Part shown: positions 24,286 through 37,153 of the stretch, one piece after another
Position numbering within the stretch: the stretch's first letter is position 1
How the letters are laid out: every line of letters starts with the position of its first letter
NCBI GenBank assembly: GCA_030141605.1
Contig: JAQGDQ010000167.1
Coordinates: forward strand, 335,877 to 399,876
DNA: 64,000 bases
Direction of reading: 5' to 3'
Source: Tubiluchus corallicola
Lineage: Eukaryota > Animalia > Priapulida
The notes under the pieces: generated by a model
What the model was told of the DNA's origin: nothing
Database searches by the model: none
What the model saw: only the letters and a program-made list of their open reading frames with translations
Program-made: the position numbers and the translations under genes

Positions 24286-24837
24286 CTGAAAATGATCAGT
24301 ACCAGTAATCTAAATGTTTGAAGGTTTCCAGAATTTACAACATTGTTTTGTGTATCAAAAATTTTGTACATAATCTTCTATGTCAAAAAAGTACTACCAG
24401 CCGTCACATTTTCATTTTAAATGGTTCAGTAACTATAGTTATTGATTTTATGAAGGTTTTGTCACATTCATTAAAAAAAATCATGCTCGTGGTAAGAGGA
24501 ATAGACGCAGTTTTGACTGTTTGTGGTGTGCAAGGGTAGAAACCGATTTGCCTACTTTGTTACGTATTAGTCAGACACTAAATTCTAGTACTTAGCCAAA
24601 CATAAAATTTATTGAACCACCAATATATAAATGTATAAAAATGTAACAACAATAGAAAAAAGATAACACAAGGAAAAAGACATTAAATCATCAAAGAGAC
24701 ACAGAGAAATCCCCTTACACATTAATCATATATTAGCTTAATTGACGTTTTAGACCTTATTCACTTTGTGCTGACCTTACATTAACTCAATGCCAGAAAC
24801 ATCTTTGGAGATATTATTGTAAGTTCGATGGACTTAC

Positions 24838-25008
24838 ATGGTATTTTTTACCCGTTGAAGGAGGCGCGTGCCCTCGATAAATATCTACTTGTAGATCTGG
24901 ACTGCCTAATGATGGAGTGTGAGCTCCTGACCGTAGCTTGTGATCCGTTGCACCGGTAAATGGACCTATATGTACATCTTCGTCAGTATAAGCTGCGAAT
25001 GTACGATT
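24838..25008 (-). CDS. KCND: Kv4/Shal exon, 171 nt (NRTFAAYTDED...GKKYH)
   Basis: Acceptor ttttgttacag, donor CAT|gtaagt, phase 0/0; positionally equivalent to the NHEF/DREF segment after LEKTT. Confidence 0.82.
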
Positions 25009-25665
25009 CTGTAACAAAATGAAAATTAAACTAATAATCAAGCTATCAATCATAATTGATTGCATAAATTAAATAAGACCCGTGATAACAATAAGTATCA
25101 CAATGTAAATGCGCACTGGCTTCTCATTCAATTTACATTACCCTCTCTTTTAATATTTTGCTTTGCATAATTTGCATAAAAGATTCTTTTTAATTAATAA
25201 ATTAAACAATGAGTAGACTTAAAACTTTTGTAATCCATTAAAATTTAAGAATACGTGACAAATTTTTAATTTTGATACCTTAAAATTATAACTTATACTT
25301 ATTACATACACATGTTTTTTCACTATAAAAATTTTACACTTGCAGTAACCAATAACAGAATTGATTGTGGACATATAAGTGCAGCTTTAACATAGATGTT
25401 CATTATCTCATGAAATGTGTCAGTGTATGATTGGGCTCCGGATCAATTGCTCTAGAGAAATTCACTTACTTTGCTCAGTCAACATATCAAACGGTTCTGT
25501 GCAATTGATACAAAACATATAGGGTTGTGTCATTCCTAAATTGCACAATTGTCTGCCATCACGCACAAGTATAATAAAAGGATTTTACACCCAAGTCACT
25601 TATAGCGGCTTAGTTATACTGTTGGGAGCTGAACATCTTAATTAAACCACTGACTGACATTTTAC

Positions 25666-26814
25666 CAGGGCCGTCGAGAGCCTATGCGGACCCCGCGGCA
25701 GCAAGCATTAAAGCACAAGAAAAGGGGTACCTGAAGCAGGTTTTAGAAAAATCGTTTAAAAAATTATATTGCTTTATAGCAATTTTAGGTGTACATTGTA
25801 CTCGCGTTCAAAGGATTTTTTGTTCGTTTTCATTTTAAATGGCCTTAGTTTTACACTTTAGTTTTTTTTAGTCTGCACTGGACGCATTTGTCTTGAACAG
25901 TGTTGTTTTTAACATTACGCTGAGGATTACTAAATTTTATTATAATGAGTGAGCCATTTTAATGACAAATAAAGAATTTATATATATATATATATATATA
26001 TAAATGTTCTGCAATACTATTCCGACGGCGCCATTACATGACATTATATACGCACAATGTAAATCAAGGGAAGAAAAGAAAATGTTAAACTATGTTCCAA
26101 AACACTTTCCATGCAAAGTTATATTACTTAGCATTTCGCTTACCTGCTCGAAAGACTTATGTAACTAGAAAAGGAAATTATTAATTAATTAAAATGTTTA
26201 CACCAATTGGTAAAGTGTCATTGAGTCACCTCCAAGGTGCACCACTCAATAACCAAAAAAAAGTATTTTTAATCTTATTGACAAGATACAGTAATTTATA
26301 AAATTTTACTTACATAGTGACGTGTTCGTTGTGAATGCTCTTTTTTTTGAAACTTTACTCAGTGTCATCTACACTTGTTTCAAATGACTTATCGTCAAAA
26401 TGGCTGCGTGTAACGGCCATCGCGGGAGTTTAAATTTACATGTTTTATACAGTGCTACCTCCGACGCAAGCGTTGTATGCAAAAAGCCAGTACGTAAGTG
26501 GAAGGTTTACTTGTGCTTTAAGGCCCCACTTCAAGTGGCATAGAAGGGGATGACTTGCTCTCAATTTCGTCAACGTTTGTGAACAATTTCGCCAACCCCC
26601 CATTATTTGTAATGCCTCTACCAATCAAAAAGGTACTGCTGACGATTGAAATGACAAGAAGAAATGGCTAATCCAGTAGACAACTTTATGAAGAAAAAAA
26701 CTTTAGCAGCTCTAGCTATATAAAACTCTGGTTGCGTCTTTAATCTTCTCGAGTCTCCCTAGACACCCGGGCCCCGGGGCACTGACCCCCGTGGTCCCTC
26801 TCTCATCGGACCTG
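25666..26814. mobile_element. hAT-like non-autonomous element
   Basis: Imperfect TIRs CAGGGCCGTCGAGAG / CTCTCATCGGACCTG with GC-rich subterminal GGCCC motifs; no clean 8-bp TSD. Confidence 0.55.
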
Positions 26815-29732
26815 CACTTGGGTTTACATAAGGCGGTATGAACTGTCACCGTAAAAATAATGTCAACTTGTTTTGCGCCATGAATACTTTTGTAGATCAG
26901 TTTTGGTCGGTATGTTTTGCTCAGTATGTAGAGCATAGGCTACTATTCTTTTCCCAAACTTTTCAGCACTGTACTTTATTTGTTCCTCTGAGACAAAAGT
27001 GTATTTTTAGCAATCTGGTTATTTCTTCATTAGAAAATAAGTTGTAGAAATAACAGCACAGCAGCTTAAATTTTCAAAACATTACGTATCATAAAAGTTT
27101 CACGTACACACTGTACTAATTTTACAGTAACATGCTCTAGTAGGATTATAATTTATACAGAAACCTACGCAGTCAGTTGCTAACATGAAGAGCCTTTCTC
27201 TAAACATTAACTATTGCAAATGCTGAGTTATCGTATGGGTTAGTACACAAGCACACACTTAATTAAACTTGTTAAGAAACAAGCACGCCATTCACTAAAA
27301 CGTAGTAACACTACAACACATTATTGATTGTGTATTGATTGATTGCTTATTGGATTATTTGTTGCGATTAGTTAAATGCACTATAATGATGATGGTGATG
27401 ATGATGATGACGACGACAACGAAATGTATCTCAGCTTCGAAAAATAGAGAGTTTACTGTACATCATGACAGATGTGATTGCGATAAGAGTTTGAATGTTA
27501 ACTATGCTTATCATTTTTTACGATAATCCCTTTGTTAAAGTTAGTTCTTTCTTTGAAAGTTGATATATTGGGAAATGATATATCAGCTATCATGTGTATT
27601 TCATTTGGAAGCTTGAAGCATATTTCCACAAGTTGCTGTTTGAAATAATGAGCATCGGTTGAGAAACGTAAAATTTTTAAATAGCCTTGAAGGCAGTTTT
27701 GAATATCTTTTAGATCTTATTATGACAATGAGATTATTTGAGAGTATCAAAGTGCTGTCCTGCATCGTTTCATCATTGTCATGCTCCTTATAGACATCAT
27801 GTTCTTTCTGACACTACTTCTTTAGTGCAAATCTTTTTTGTTTGGAGACCTGACAAAATATTGCTGTAGGGAATTAGTACCTTTTTTGGAAAGTCAGCAA
27901 TGGTCCAACTGTCATGCTGTAATAGATACGTGCGCTTCTCAAGTTTGTGTGTTAGTAGTATTCTTCTCAGGTTTGGATATGAGATTAGTAGTTATTTTAA
28001 GAGTGCTCTTGAAAGTTTAATTATGACATTAATTAGTGCTCTATCGAAACAATATCTGTTGAGCATGGATCTCTCATATCTAACTAACCATGATAGCTAG
28101 CGTTTGCTTCCAATTACGACAACGGCCACTGTTACTTTGTTAACAGCAGGTCTATGTTTTCTGCAAAACGCCCTTAATCACCCACAGGCAACTAAATAAA
28201 CGTGCTCCAAGTATGGTTTTTTCTTTGTCTGTATAGTGTGTGCTCGTTTTAAGGCTACATTGTTTCCTGCTAGTGAGAGAAAACCTATCACTTTGAATGC
28301 CTATTCATTTTTCATTGTTACGAAACTGCAATGTCTTAGTTCGTTTGTGATACAGTGAAATTTTGCCGTTTACTACATGACCCCAAAAGTGTGACTTCGC
28401 TGCCATACGTGGTTTTGAGATGTTGAGAAATCTATGTACAACGGACAACACCGTGTCTGTGTTTCTATAAAATATGTCATACATCTACGGCTTTGTTATA
28501 TTTACTCTACCATATTTCTGGAGAAGTCTCGACTCCTTATGTTCTGTTAAAAAAAAACAAGAAACAAAACGGTAATAATAACAACAAAACATATCATGCG
28601 CAATATTTAAAATTCACACAATGTCAAAAAATACTGAGTCAGGCTAAGTACACGTGTCGTTAACAAAGTAGTTGGATAGGGTGATAAACAATTAAAGGGT
28701 ATAGTCTTGCAATTAGTGCAATGTGCTAAATCAGTGTTAAAGTACAGTTGGTTAAAATAATTTTACTCTTTGAAAATCATATTATTTTAATAAATATGTA
28801 ACTAAATTCTGATCACACATTAACAAATACAGCGTGAAATTGTTTCTCATTAGCAGAACAAAATAAGGTTAAACAAAAACAAAATATTACAAAAATATGG
28901 TTTAAAATATTATTAAAGGTATAATCAGAAGTTCCTTCTTAGGCAGCGTTGTGCATTAGCCCCATCCAGTTGTCTATATCTCCTGCCTTATAGAGGATTT
29001 CACTGGTGTATAACTGTTATCAAATAAAAGTTGGTAACTTTTCTATAGTGATCATAGAAAAATTAACATCAATTTCCTTCTGCTGGTGGTCTGAGAGTAA
29101 CCTTGTCCTTTATCAACTTCAACTGAAGTTCTTCCTGTTCGTCCTAATTATAGCAAGCTTAACTTGTTCAATATCCTAGCTTCATAATTGCTAACAATGA
29201 GATTGGCTTAACCACATCTTACCTTATGCGATTCTGCAAGCATTTGTACTTGTATAAGGTATGTAGTTTATTAGCTGCCTTACGTATACTTATAGTTGAT
29301 AATTACTTTATAGTGTCTTTTTATGATAGATTAATTAGTTTGTTAAACTCTCTTTGCCTGCACTTATTTTCTGTCTTCATGTCACTTTATCTTTTTTTAG
29401 CTAAAACTGAATGTATGTTTAGTAATAGATCTATCACTTTTTGAAATTGTAATATGCCAGAAATGCAATTTTAACAATTACAATGATTGATGGTGGCAGT
29501 ACGATTTTATTGAAAATTTGCTAAAAAAAGTTGAACATTTTAGTATCGTACCACCTAGAATGCGATCAGTAGCAAGAATTCTTAGGCCTAAATTAAGATA
29601 AAATTCATAGCAGTACAGTTTGATTTAGACTTCATTATTCAAACTACAGGTGATTTATTAATGTACAGCATCTGAAACAGATGAATAAAAATAATTAAAC
29701 AAATACTGTACCTAAAATGTGGCAAATAACAA

Positions 29733-29997
29733 CCCAGGCAGCACACGATATTACATGTATCACCATGTAGTTAGGTTCTTGTCAGGATCTTGACAGAAAA
29801 ATATGTTCAGGAAATATTGTCGCCATGTTGGGGCAACATTGGACCAATGTTGTCATCCAATATTGGAAACACATGGCTTACACATATCGTTAAAAATATC
29901 GGACAATGTTGTAGCAAGTCCACATTTCCGTATTATGGTATCCATATTTGCAAAAATATTGTGTAACATTGGTACAATATTGTCGTGCTGCCTTTGG
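29733..29997. mobile_element. EnSpm/CMC-like non-autonomous element, copy 1
   Basis: CCCAGGCAGCAC...GTGCTGCCTTTGG termini and internal CAATATTG-type repeats; inverted relative at 48903-49177. Confidence 0.65.
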
Positions 29998-30356
29998 AAA
30001 AACTAGTAGATAAACACCTGATGTTAACCACGGCCTCCACATTAATTTTAAATATTTTTAGTCATACGTTAAAATGTTATAGGCACCTCTTAATTAACGC
30101 ATCACATGTATTTTAAATAAGAAAGCCAAAATTTGTGTGCAACGTTATTATTATCTTTAGGCCTAAGCGTTGGTGTTGGTAATGGCATTCTAGGTGAATG
30201 GCCTAGGTGCTCGGGTTTTCATTGTCCAAATTTTCGATAATATCGTGTTGCTATTCTAAATTTATATTTACTTGCTTGTTCTTTTTTGCAGTATATCTGT
30301 TTTAGTTTCAACAAACATAGGTGGAGCTGTTCGCACACACCGCGAAAAAAACTTAC

Positions 30357-30539
30357 AGTAGCTTTTTCCAGACAATGTAGAAGGTGGTGATGTTGCAGTT
30401 CGAAACTGTCTTCAGTGTGGTCATCCACTTCTATTCCTGTCTCTTGTGCTAGCAGCCGTCGTTCTATTGCCTTCTTTCTGGCTACAAATGCAGCACCTTT
30501 TTGATTCTTAGCTATGCGAATTCGAGCTTGTCGAGCAAT
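30357..30539 (-). CDS. KCND: Kv4/Shal exon, 183 nt (IARQARIRIAK...FELQHHHLLHCLEKAT)
   Basis: Kv4-diagnostic ARIRIAK and QHHHLLHCLEK motifs; acceptor ttgttaaacag, donor ACT|gtaagt, phase 0/0. Confidence 0.96.
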
Positions 30540-30845
30540 CTGTTTAACAAACAAATGATATCAAGTGATATTCTGTGTAACAAACAAATGATATCAAGTG
30601 ATATTCTGTTTAACAAATAAATGGGTGATATTCTGTTTACCAAATAAATGGGTGATATTCTGTTTAACAAATGAATGGGTGATATTCTGTTTACCAAATA
30701 AATGGGTGATATTCTGTTTAACAAATGAATGGGTGATATTCTGTTTACCAAATAAATGGGTGATATTCTGTTTAACAAATGAATGGGTGATATTCTGTTT
30801 AACAAATAAATGGGTGATATTCTGTTGTGTAACAAATAAATGATG
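30540..30845 (-). repeat. Minisatellite built from duplicated 3' splice sites: two 33-nt units, eight 27-nt units and a partial unit
   Basis: Minus-strand units such as aatatcacccatttatttgttaaacag; CAG ends at 30540, 30573, 30606, 30633, 30660, 30687, 30714, 30741, 30768, 30795 and 30822. Confidence 0.95.
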
Positions 30846-32986
30846 ACAATCGATATATAAATGATTTTGCTAACTACAAAAAAATTATTCTTGACTGCAG
30901 GAAAACCAAATTGAAAGGAGAAACTTGTGTGTATGTTTTTAAAAACTAGTATTTTAGGAAGCAGTTATCACTTAATTGTTAACAAATCGTTGTAGTGTGA
31001 TTTGCTACACAGCAGTCTAAATACGTGTACACAAAACAAAACAACCAACAAATTCTCACTAGCAAATGAGATGTGAAGGACCAAACAAACAGACGGACAA
31101 CAAATGCAAATAAACACAAATAAATGAGCCAGCTAGCAAGGAAAATAAAGCAACTAAAAGTCTAGCAGAATATTCAAAATTAGCTATGCACAGTTTCGCC
31201 AGTGAGGGCAAATAAGGTCCAATAAATTGTGTCATGGGCTTCACTGCATTAAATAGTTTGATGTGTCTAATTAAATAATAATAACGTGGTGTCTATCTTG
31301 GAAAATAAGCGTGTTAAGTTAAAATATCACATGGAAAGTAAAATTTCAAATCTCTTCTGATAAAACTTTAATACCAACTCATATACGCAACTGAAAATGG
31401 CAGCCCGCATTATAAACACAAATCTACATTTATTTGATGTATTATTGTTTTAGTGCACCTTGTTACGTGCAGTTTACAACTTGAAGTAATTAGAATATGA
31501 CATATATGGCGGGTTATTACGATACACTGTTGAATTCATTATAGCCCTTGTGAAAATGCAAAATTGCAGTACATTGTCTCGGCATTTTATTGTTATGCTG
31601 TTATCTCTGTTAATAAAAGTAAAAACAGCACTAAAAGTCTAATCTAAAAAAAATCTAAAAATACGTGTAGCACAATAGCCACTTTGATGTTGCACTCACA
31701 TAATTATATCACAAATAATAATTAAGTGGCAATTTATAAAAATTTTATGTAGGCCTACTTCAGAATGCATATTTCTGTAACGGTCCTAGAATGTCATTAA
31801 ATACTTTCTTCTTGCAATAGTTCAGTAATTTACAAAGAAATTCAGGCTTTTCCAGAAATTAAATTTGTTAATTCTGCAAAGCGGACAAACAGACAGACAA
31901 ACAAAATTAACTTTTATTTAATTTTACTTTAAGTTTAATTTTAATGGCATCTTTCGAGCAGCAAAAACAGAAATTACCTAAAAACATATCCTTGGCGACA
32001 GTTCTAGACTGTGGCCATACAGTGGTCAATGTTAATAACCTAGCAGCACAGGCAAGAAAATAAACGAAATCACGCTAATTTATCTTGCACCACAGTGATT
32101 GTATCCTTTTATCAAAAAATTTTCTATTAGAGTCAGCTATATACAAACACATAGTATCTTGTGCATACAAGTTATGAAATACTTTACAGCAGACGAGAAA
32201 AGTAAAAAAAAATACGAATGCAAAATAAACTTTAATGCACAACCAGTAGCTCCATGACATGTGAACAGACTTTTGTATAAAATCAGCAAACCTACAGCAT
32301 TCACCTTTACAGACAGAAGGGCCAGATTAGAATCGTCAAATTACGGCATGCATTCTGTTTTATACAGGTACATTTGCATTACTGGGCTTCTCAACCATAC
32401 CCATTACTAACATTAGGGGGTTGGTCATAATCTGCCTTTGTAACAATATTGATGAAGTATTTATGAATTATATAGAATTTTATGTGTGTGATATTTTTAT
32501 TGTATATATGTTTTAATATGGGTTCTTGTACCTTATCTTATCTTACATTAAAGAATTATAAAATTCAAATGTAAGTATAAATGCCAAGAATGGGTGCAGT
32601 AAATGAAAAAAAACGACAATTAGGGGAAAAGAGAAAAAAGACATGAAGTTTCAAAGCACCACCGTTTTTTAATATCAGGTGAAGGATTAATTAAGCAAGG
32701 GGAAAACTCGAAATTACTCATTTTAATACTAATTTTTATATGGGCCTATTAGTAGGTGGGGGTAACACAGAAATAACTATCACGCTTAAAAAAGATACAT
32801 TGACAGATAGACAGTGAAAACGGCTATAAGAGCAAAAACACGAAGCTTATAATCCCTAGCCGTAATCATAATTATCTTAGAGAGAGACGAAGTGGACAGT
32901 ATGGTCTGCAACCTGATGACTGTCACTTTTTTCACGGGCGACACGCAACTGTCAAGGCCCACCATTCAGCCATGTTTTGCACCTAC

Positions 32987-33149
32987 CTTTTGAGCTTTGC
33001 GTTTATCGGCACGCTGGTTTTGATGGTAAATCCGGGAAAAGTTTGAGACGATCACAGGCACGGGTAGAGCGATCACAAGCACTCCGCTGAGAGAACACAC
33101 CCCACCAACAATTTTACCCATTATAGTTCCTGGTACCATATCACCATAC
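32987..33149 (-). CDS. KCND: Kv4/Shal pore/S6 exon, 163 nt ((G)[54 protein letters not shown])
   Basis: GYG selectivity filter split by the intron, S6 PVPVIV gate and Kv4-specific [13 protein letters not shown]; acceptor ttgcttacag, donor AAG|gtaggt. Not in the ORF track. Confidence 0.98.
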
Positions 33150-34789
33150 CTGTAAGCAATAAAAACTATTACTTAGATGTGATAAACCTCAAATTTTGCT
33201 CTGAGTTTTCAACTCTAACAAAGTGGCAAGCACCCAGCCTAGCTTTGAATACATTATTATTATAAATGGTAAGGTTTTAGCGGTGTAACCTGTCAGCTGC
33301 AATTGTTAATAAAAATGTATTTGAAGCTAGACTGGATACTTGCTGTTTGGTTTCGTTATCATGTTGAGATTTACAAATTCATTATTTTTTTCTACCGTAG
33401 TACCTTAAACCTAAAGTGCGTTATTGTAGTTACTAAGGCGAGGTTTAGGGTCAGAACCAGGTATCACAGTTAATATCACTTAGGTCAGTAAAGGGTACAC
33501 TCAGGTCATTGGTCCAGTCTCACAAACTACAATATTCTAGCAACAGAATGCAGCCAACAGAAAAGCACAACATGTGCGGTTAATGCCGCTGCAACTACAT
33601 ACGGTTACATATTGTGCAAAGACAGTAACACTTCCAAAAATTAATTTATGGATGCATAATACCACTGAACAGTACGACTAGGGTCACCCATTAGTATTGT
33701 TGATAGATAGCAAAGCAAGCACGTGAAAAAGATAGCAAAAATGTTAAGCTAATAATGTAATTTTTATCAGTCTACACAATCTAATAGTTTAATTTAGATG
33801 ACACTGCCTTGCTGGTGCACGTTAATGGATTTGCTTCCACATGCCCAAGAATAGTTTTAAGGAAAATTAGTCATTGAAATACTATTAATGAAAAACAGAA
33901 ATAACGAAATATGAAAAATGTCATTAAGAATTAAATTTGCGTGGTTATAAACACTATGTTTAAGAGGTCCGTTGCATGATCATTTTACGATACACACAGA
34001 TCTCTAAGTTTGTTCTAGACTTCTAGCCATTTATTTTAACGATCTACATGACTTCCTGCAGGTGTAACAATCTAGTCATCGTGGTTATTTTTAGACGACA
34101 CTGTTGCGTCTCATGTACGCAAATAGATTTTTGGTTACTAGCTTACGAACCAACTTTACAAATGTATTTGTTCGCTTCTGTTTCGCTATGTACACATGCA
34201 CTTTCGCTATGTTGCTGTTCTGTTTCTCGTTGTTCATGTAAAATACTAATAATTTTTTTCAGTTTTTAATATTGTGACGTCACAGTAGAGTTGCTCAGTA
34301 TTCTAAATTTTTACTAAAAAATGGATCCATGGTAATGGTAGATGGTGTTCTAATTGATATCTCCGGGCAGATGGGCAGAAAACTCAATAAGCGGCGAATC
34401 CAATGCTTCGCATTCCAGACTTCTCTAATTACTTATTCTGTGTCCGAAGAGTGAAGAAGAGTCATTTTGCATAGTCGTTTTACGATACACGTGAGTCTCT
34501 AAGGTCATTGCAGCCTTTTATGTCTACAATCTGTGTACTTTTCCGCAGGTGTGACAATCCATTAGGTTCACACCTAGCAGGTAAGAGTGTGAGGAGCAAT
34601 ATTGATCGAGTATTATTCAATCAGGCTAAAACAATATTGTGCCTGCAAGCCCAAATATGAGATGTTTGCTTGAACATGTATGCAACAACGGAATCAAAAC
34701 AGAAAACTTATGAATGTGTGAGTTATGTATGAAACTTATGAGTGACAATGAGTACTGAAACAGTATACTCATCAGTATCCTGCCAGTCT

Positions 34790-35462
34790 TATTATATTAT
34801 GTTACGTTATGTTATGTTATGTTATGTTATGTTATGTTATGTTATGTTATGTTATGTTATGTTATGTTATGTTATGTTATGTTATGTTATGTTATGTTAT
34901 GTTATGTTATGTTATGTTATGTTATGTTATGTTATGTTATGTTATGTTATGTTATGTTATGTTATGTTATGTTATGTTATGTTATGTTATGTTATGTTAT
35001 GTTATGTTATGTTATGTTATGTTATGTCATGTTACGTTACGTTATGTTGTTATGTTATGTTTGTACTATAGTATATCATATTATATTGTATTGTATTGTA
35101 TTGTATTGTATTGTATTGTATTGTATTGTATTGTATTGTATTGTATTGTATTGTATTGAATTGTATTGTATTGTATTGTATTGTATTGTATTGTATTGTA
35201 TTGTATTGTATTGTATTGTATTGTATTGCATTGCATTGCATTGCATGGCATGGCATGGCATGGCATGACATGACATGACATGACATGACATGACATGACA
35301 TGACATGACATGACATCACATCACATCACATCACATCACATTACATTACATTGCTTTACATTACATTACATTACATTACATTACATTACATTACATTACA
35401 TTACATTATATTATATTATATTATATTATTATATTGTATTGTATTGTATTATATTATATTAT
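34790..35462. repeat. Compound pentanucleotide microsatellite
   Basis: Blocks in order: (ATGTT)n, (ATTGT)n, ATTGC x4, ATGGC x4, ATGAC x10, ATCAC x5, (ATTAC)n, (ATTAT)n, ATTGT x3, ATTAT. Confidence 0.97.
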
Positions 35463-36977
35463 CACGTCATATCTAAACAAAAGTACTAAATACATACACT
35501 ACAAGAACTGTCTGTTCTTGCTACTCATGCCAGTGTGCATTGTACCCGGCATCAGAGTGAATTCGAAATGATCTTTGACTAGGAAAACACTATGCCTCAC
35601 TTTATACCAGGAGCAGGATAATACTAACTGTAAATGTTTTAATTTCTCATTTCACAGACATAAATAAGAGTTAATATTTCCTATACTAGTAATTTCTTAG
35701 GTCATTTAGTGTCTTACTGAAATTACACTGAACAGAGTTGAACTCTTATTCAGACAGACAAACTGTCTGTAACTGGAAGGAAAGACTCTACTTCACAGTT
35801 CACACTGCCTTCATCCTTGTTCAGTGAAATATGCAGGTGATACATTTGTTTAGAGTGCAATGTCTTCCTATGATAATTTCAGAATCCGTGAAAATCATGT
35901 GTGGTAGTACTTGTTGCTGTCTGACTATTCTCACTTAAACTATAATTTTTCATCTCACTCAAGTACTTCTAATGCAATATTATATAAAATGTATCGTATA
36001 GAGTTTTCATTTGAGAAAATTTCGACGACTATTTTTCCTTACGTAATGATAACTTCTGTTTAAAATTCTGGTACTTCAGGGTGAACTGCATGGTCATAAA
36101 ATTATCATCATCATCTACATCATCATCATCGTCGTCGTCATCATCGTCATCATCATCCGCATGAAAATTATCATCATTACTATTAGGCTACTACTATGCA
36201 TGTGAACCGGGCGGTATTTATAATACATGTAATTAGAATTTAATTGCGCTAAAACTTTATTTTTCACAGCAATAAAGGAAGAGTGTACCCTTGCCATTCT
36301 GGGTCGCAAGGCCAAAGGTCAATGTCACAGAAGCAAATACTTGAAAAGACTTGCGTGACCCAAAGCTATGTCTCAGTGCGAGGCGATGCTTCGCCTTGTT
36401 CACTTTAAATCCACGTATGAGTGGAACGTGAGGGCTAAGGAAGCGGTAGTTAATTACACCAGACTGGAGATGCATAAATAATATAACATTCACTATACAT
36501 AATGGTAATTTGCAAAGACGGTATATTTTCCTTGTGTGTGCTTTTAATGGATGTAATTGTCGGATAAAGTTTGTGGGTCATGCAGTGTAGTCGGTAAACA
36601 ACGCTGCGTTTGTTGCTTCAAACTCGAAGGCGTTGAACGATTTAAGAGGTCCTTAATTGTTGGTTGATGGGAGAAATGTAGGCTTCGTAGATTTGTATAG
36701 GAGTCAGCGAAAATACATTCCAAAGTTTATTTTGAGTTGGGTCATTAGTTGTATGTTGTTGAGAGCGGGTCCAAACGTCTTTAGTAGGACGAGTGGGCCA
36801 ACATTCCACACCATTGACACCCATAACAAACTATTAAGTAAATACTGTCACAGATATGTCAAAAAAACGTCTAAGCAGCTATATTTTAGTAGATGTATAG
36901 CTACTTTACGCTTATATAGACCGTAAAAACAATTTTTATTGTAAAAGACAACGTTGCTTTAAAGATTAGTTATTCAA

Positions 36978-37153
<176 letters not shown>

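Noticed and set aside
30512-30843. ORFs with LNRISPIYL or WVIFCLTNK repeats
   Set aside because: By-products of the 27-nt unit; they are not in the Kv4 reading frame.
34742-35319. ORFs of (MLCYV)n, (YCIVL)n and (QYNTI)n
   Set aside because: Translations of a pentanucleotide microsatellite, open in several frames simply because the motifs lack stops.
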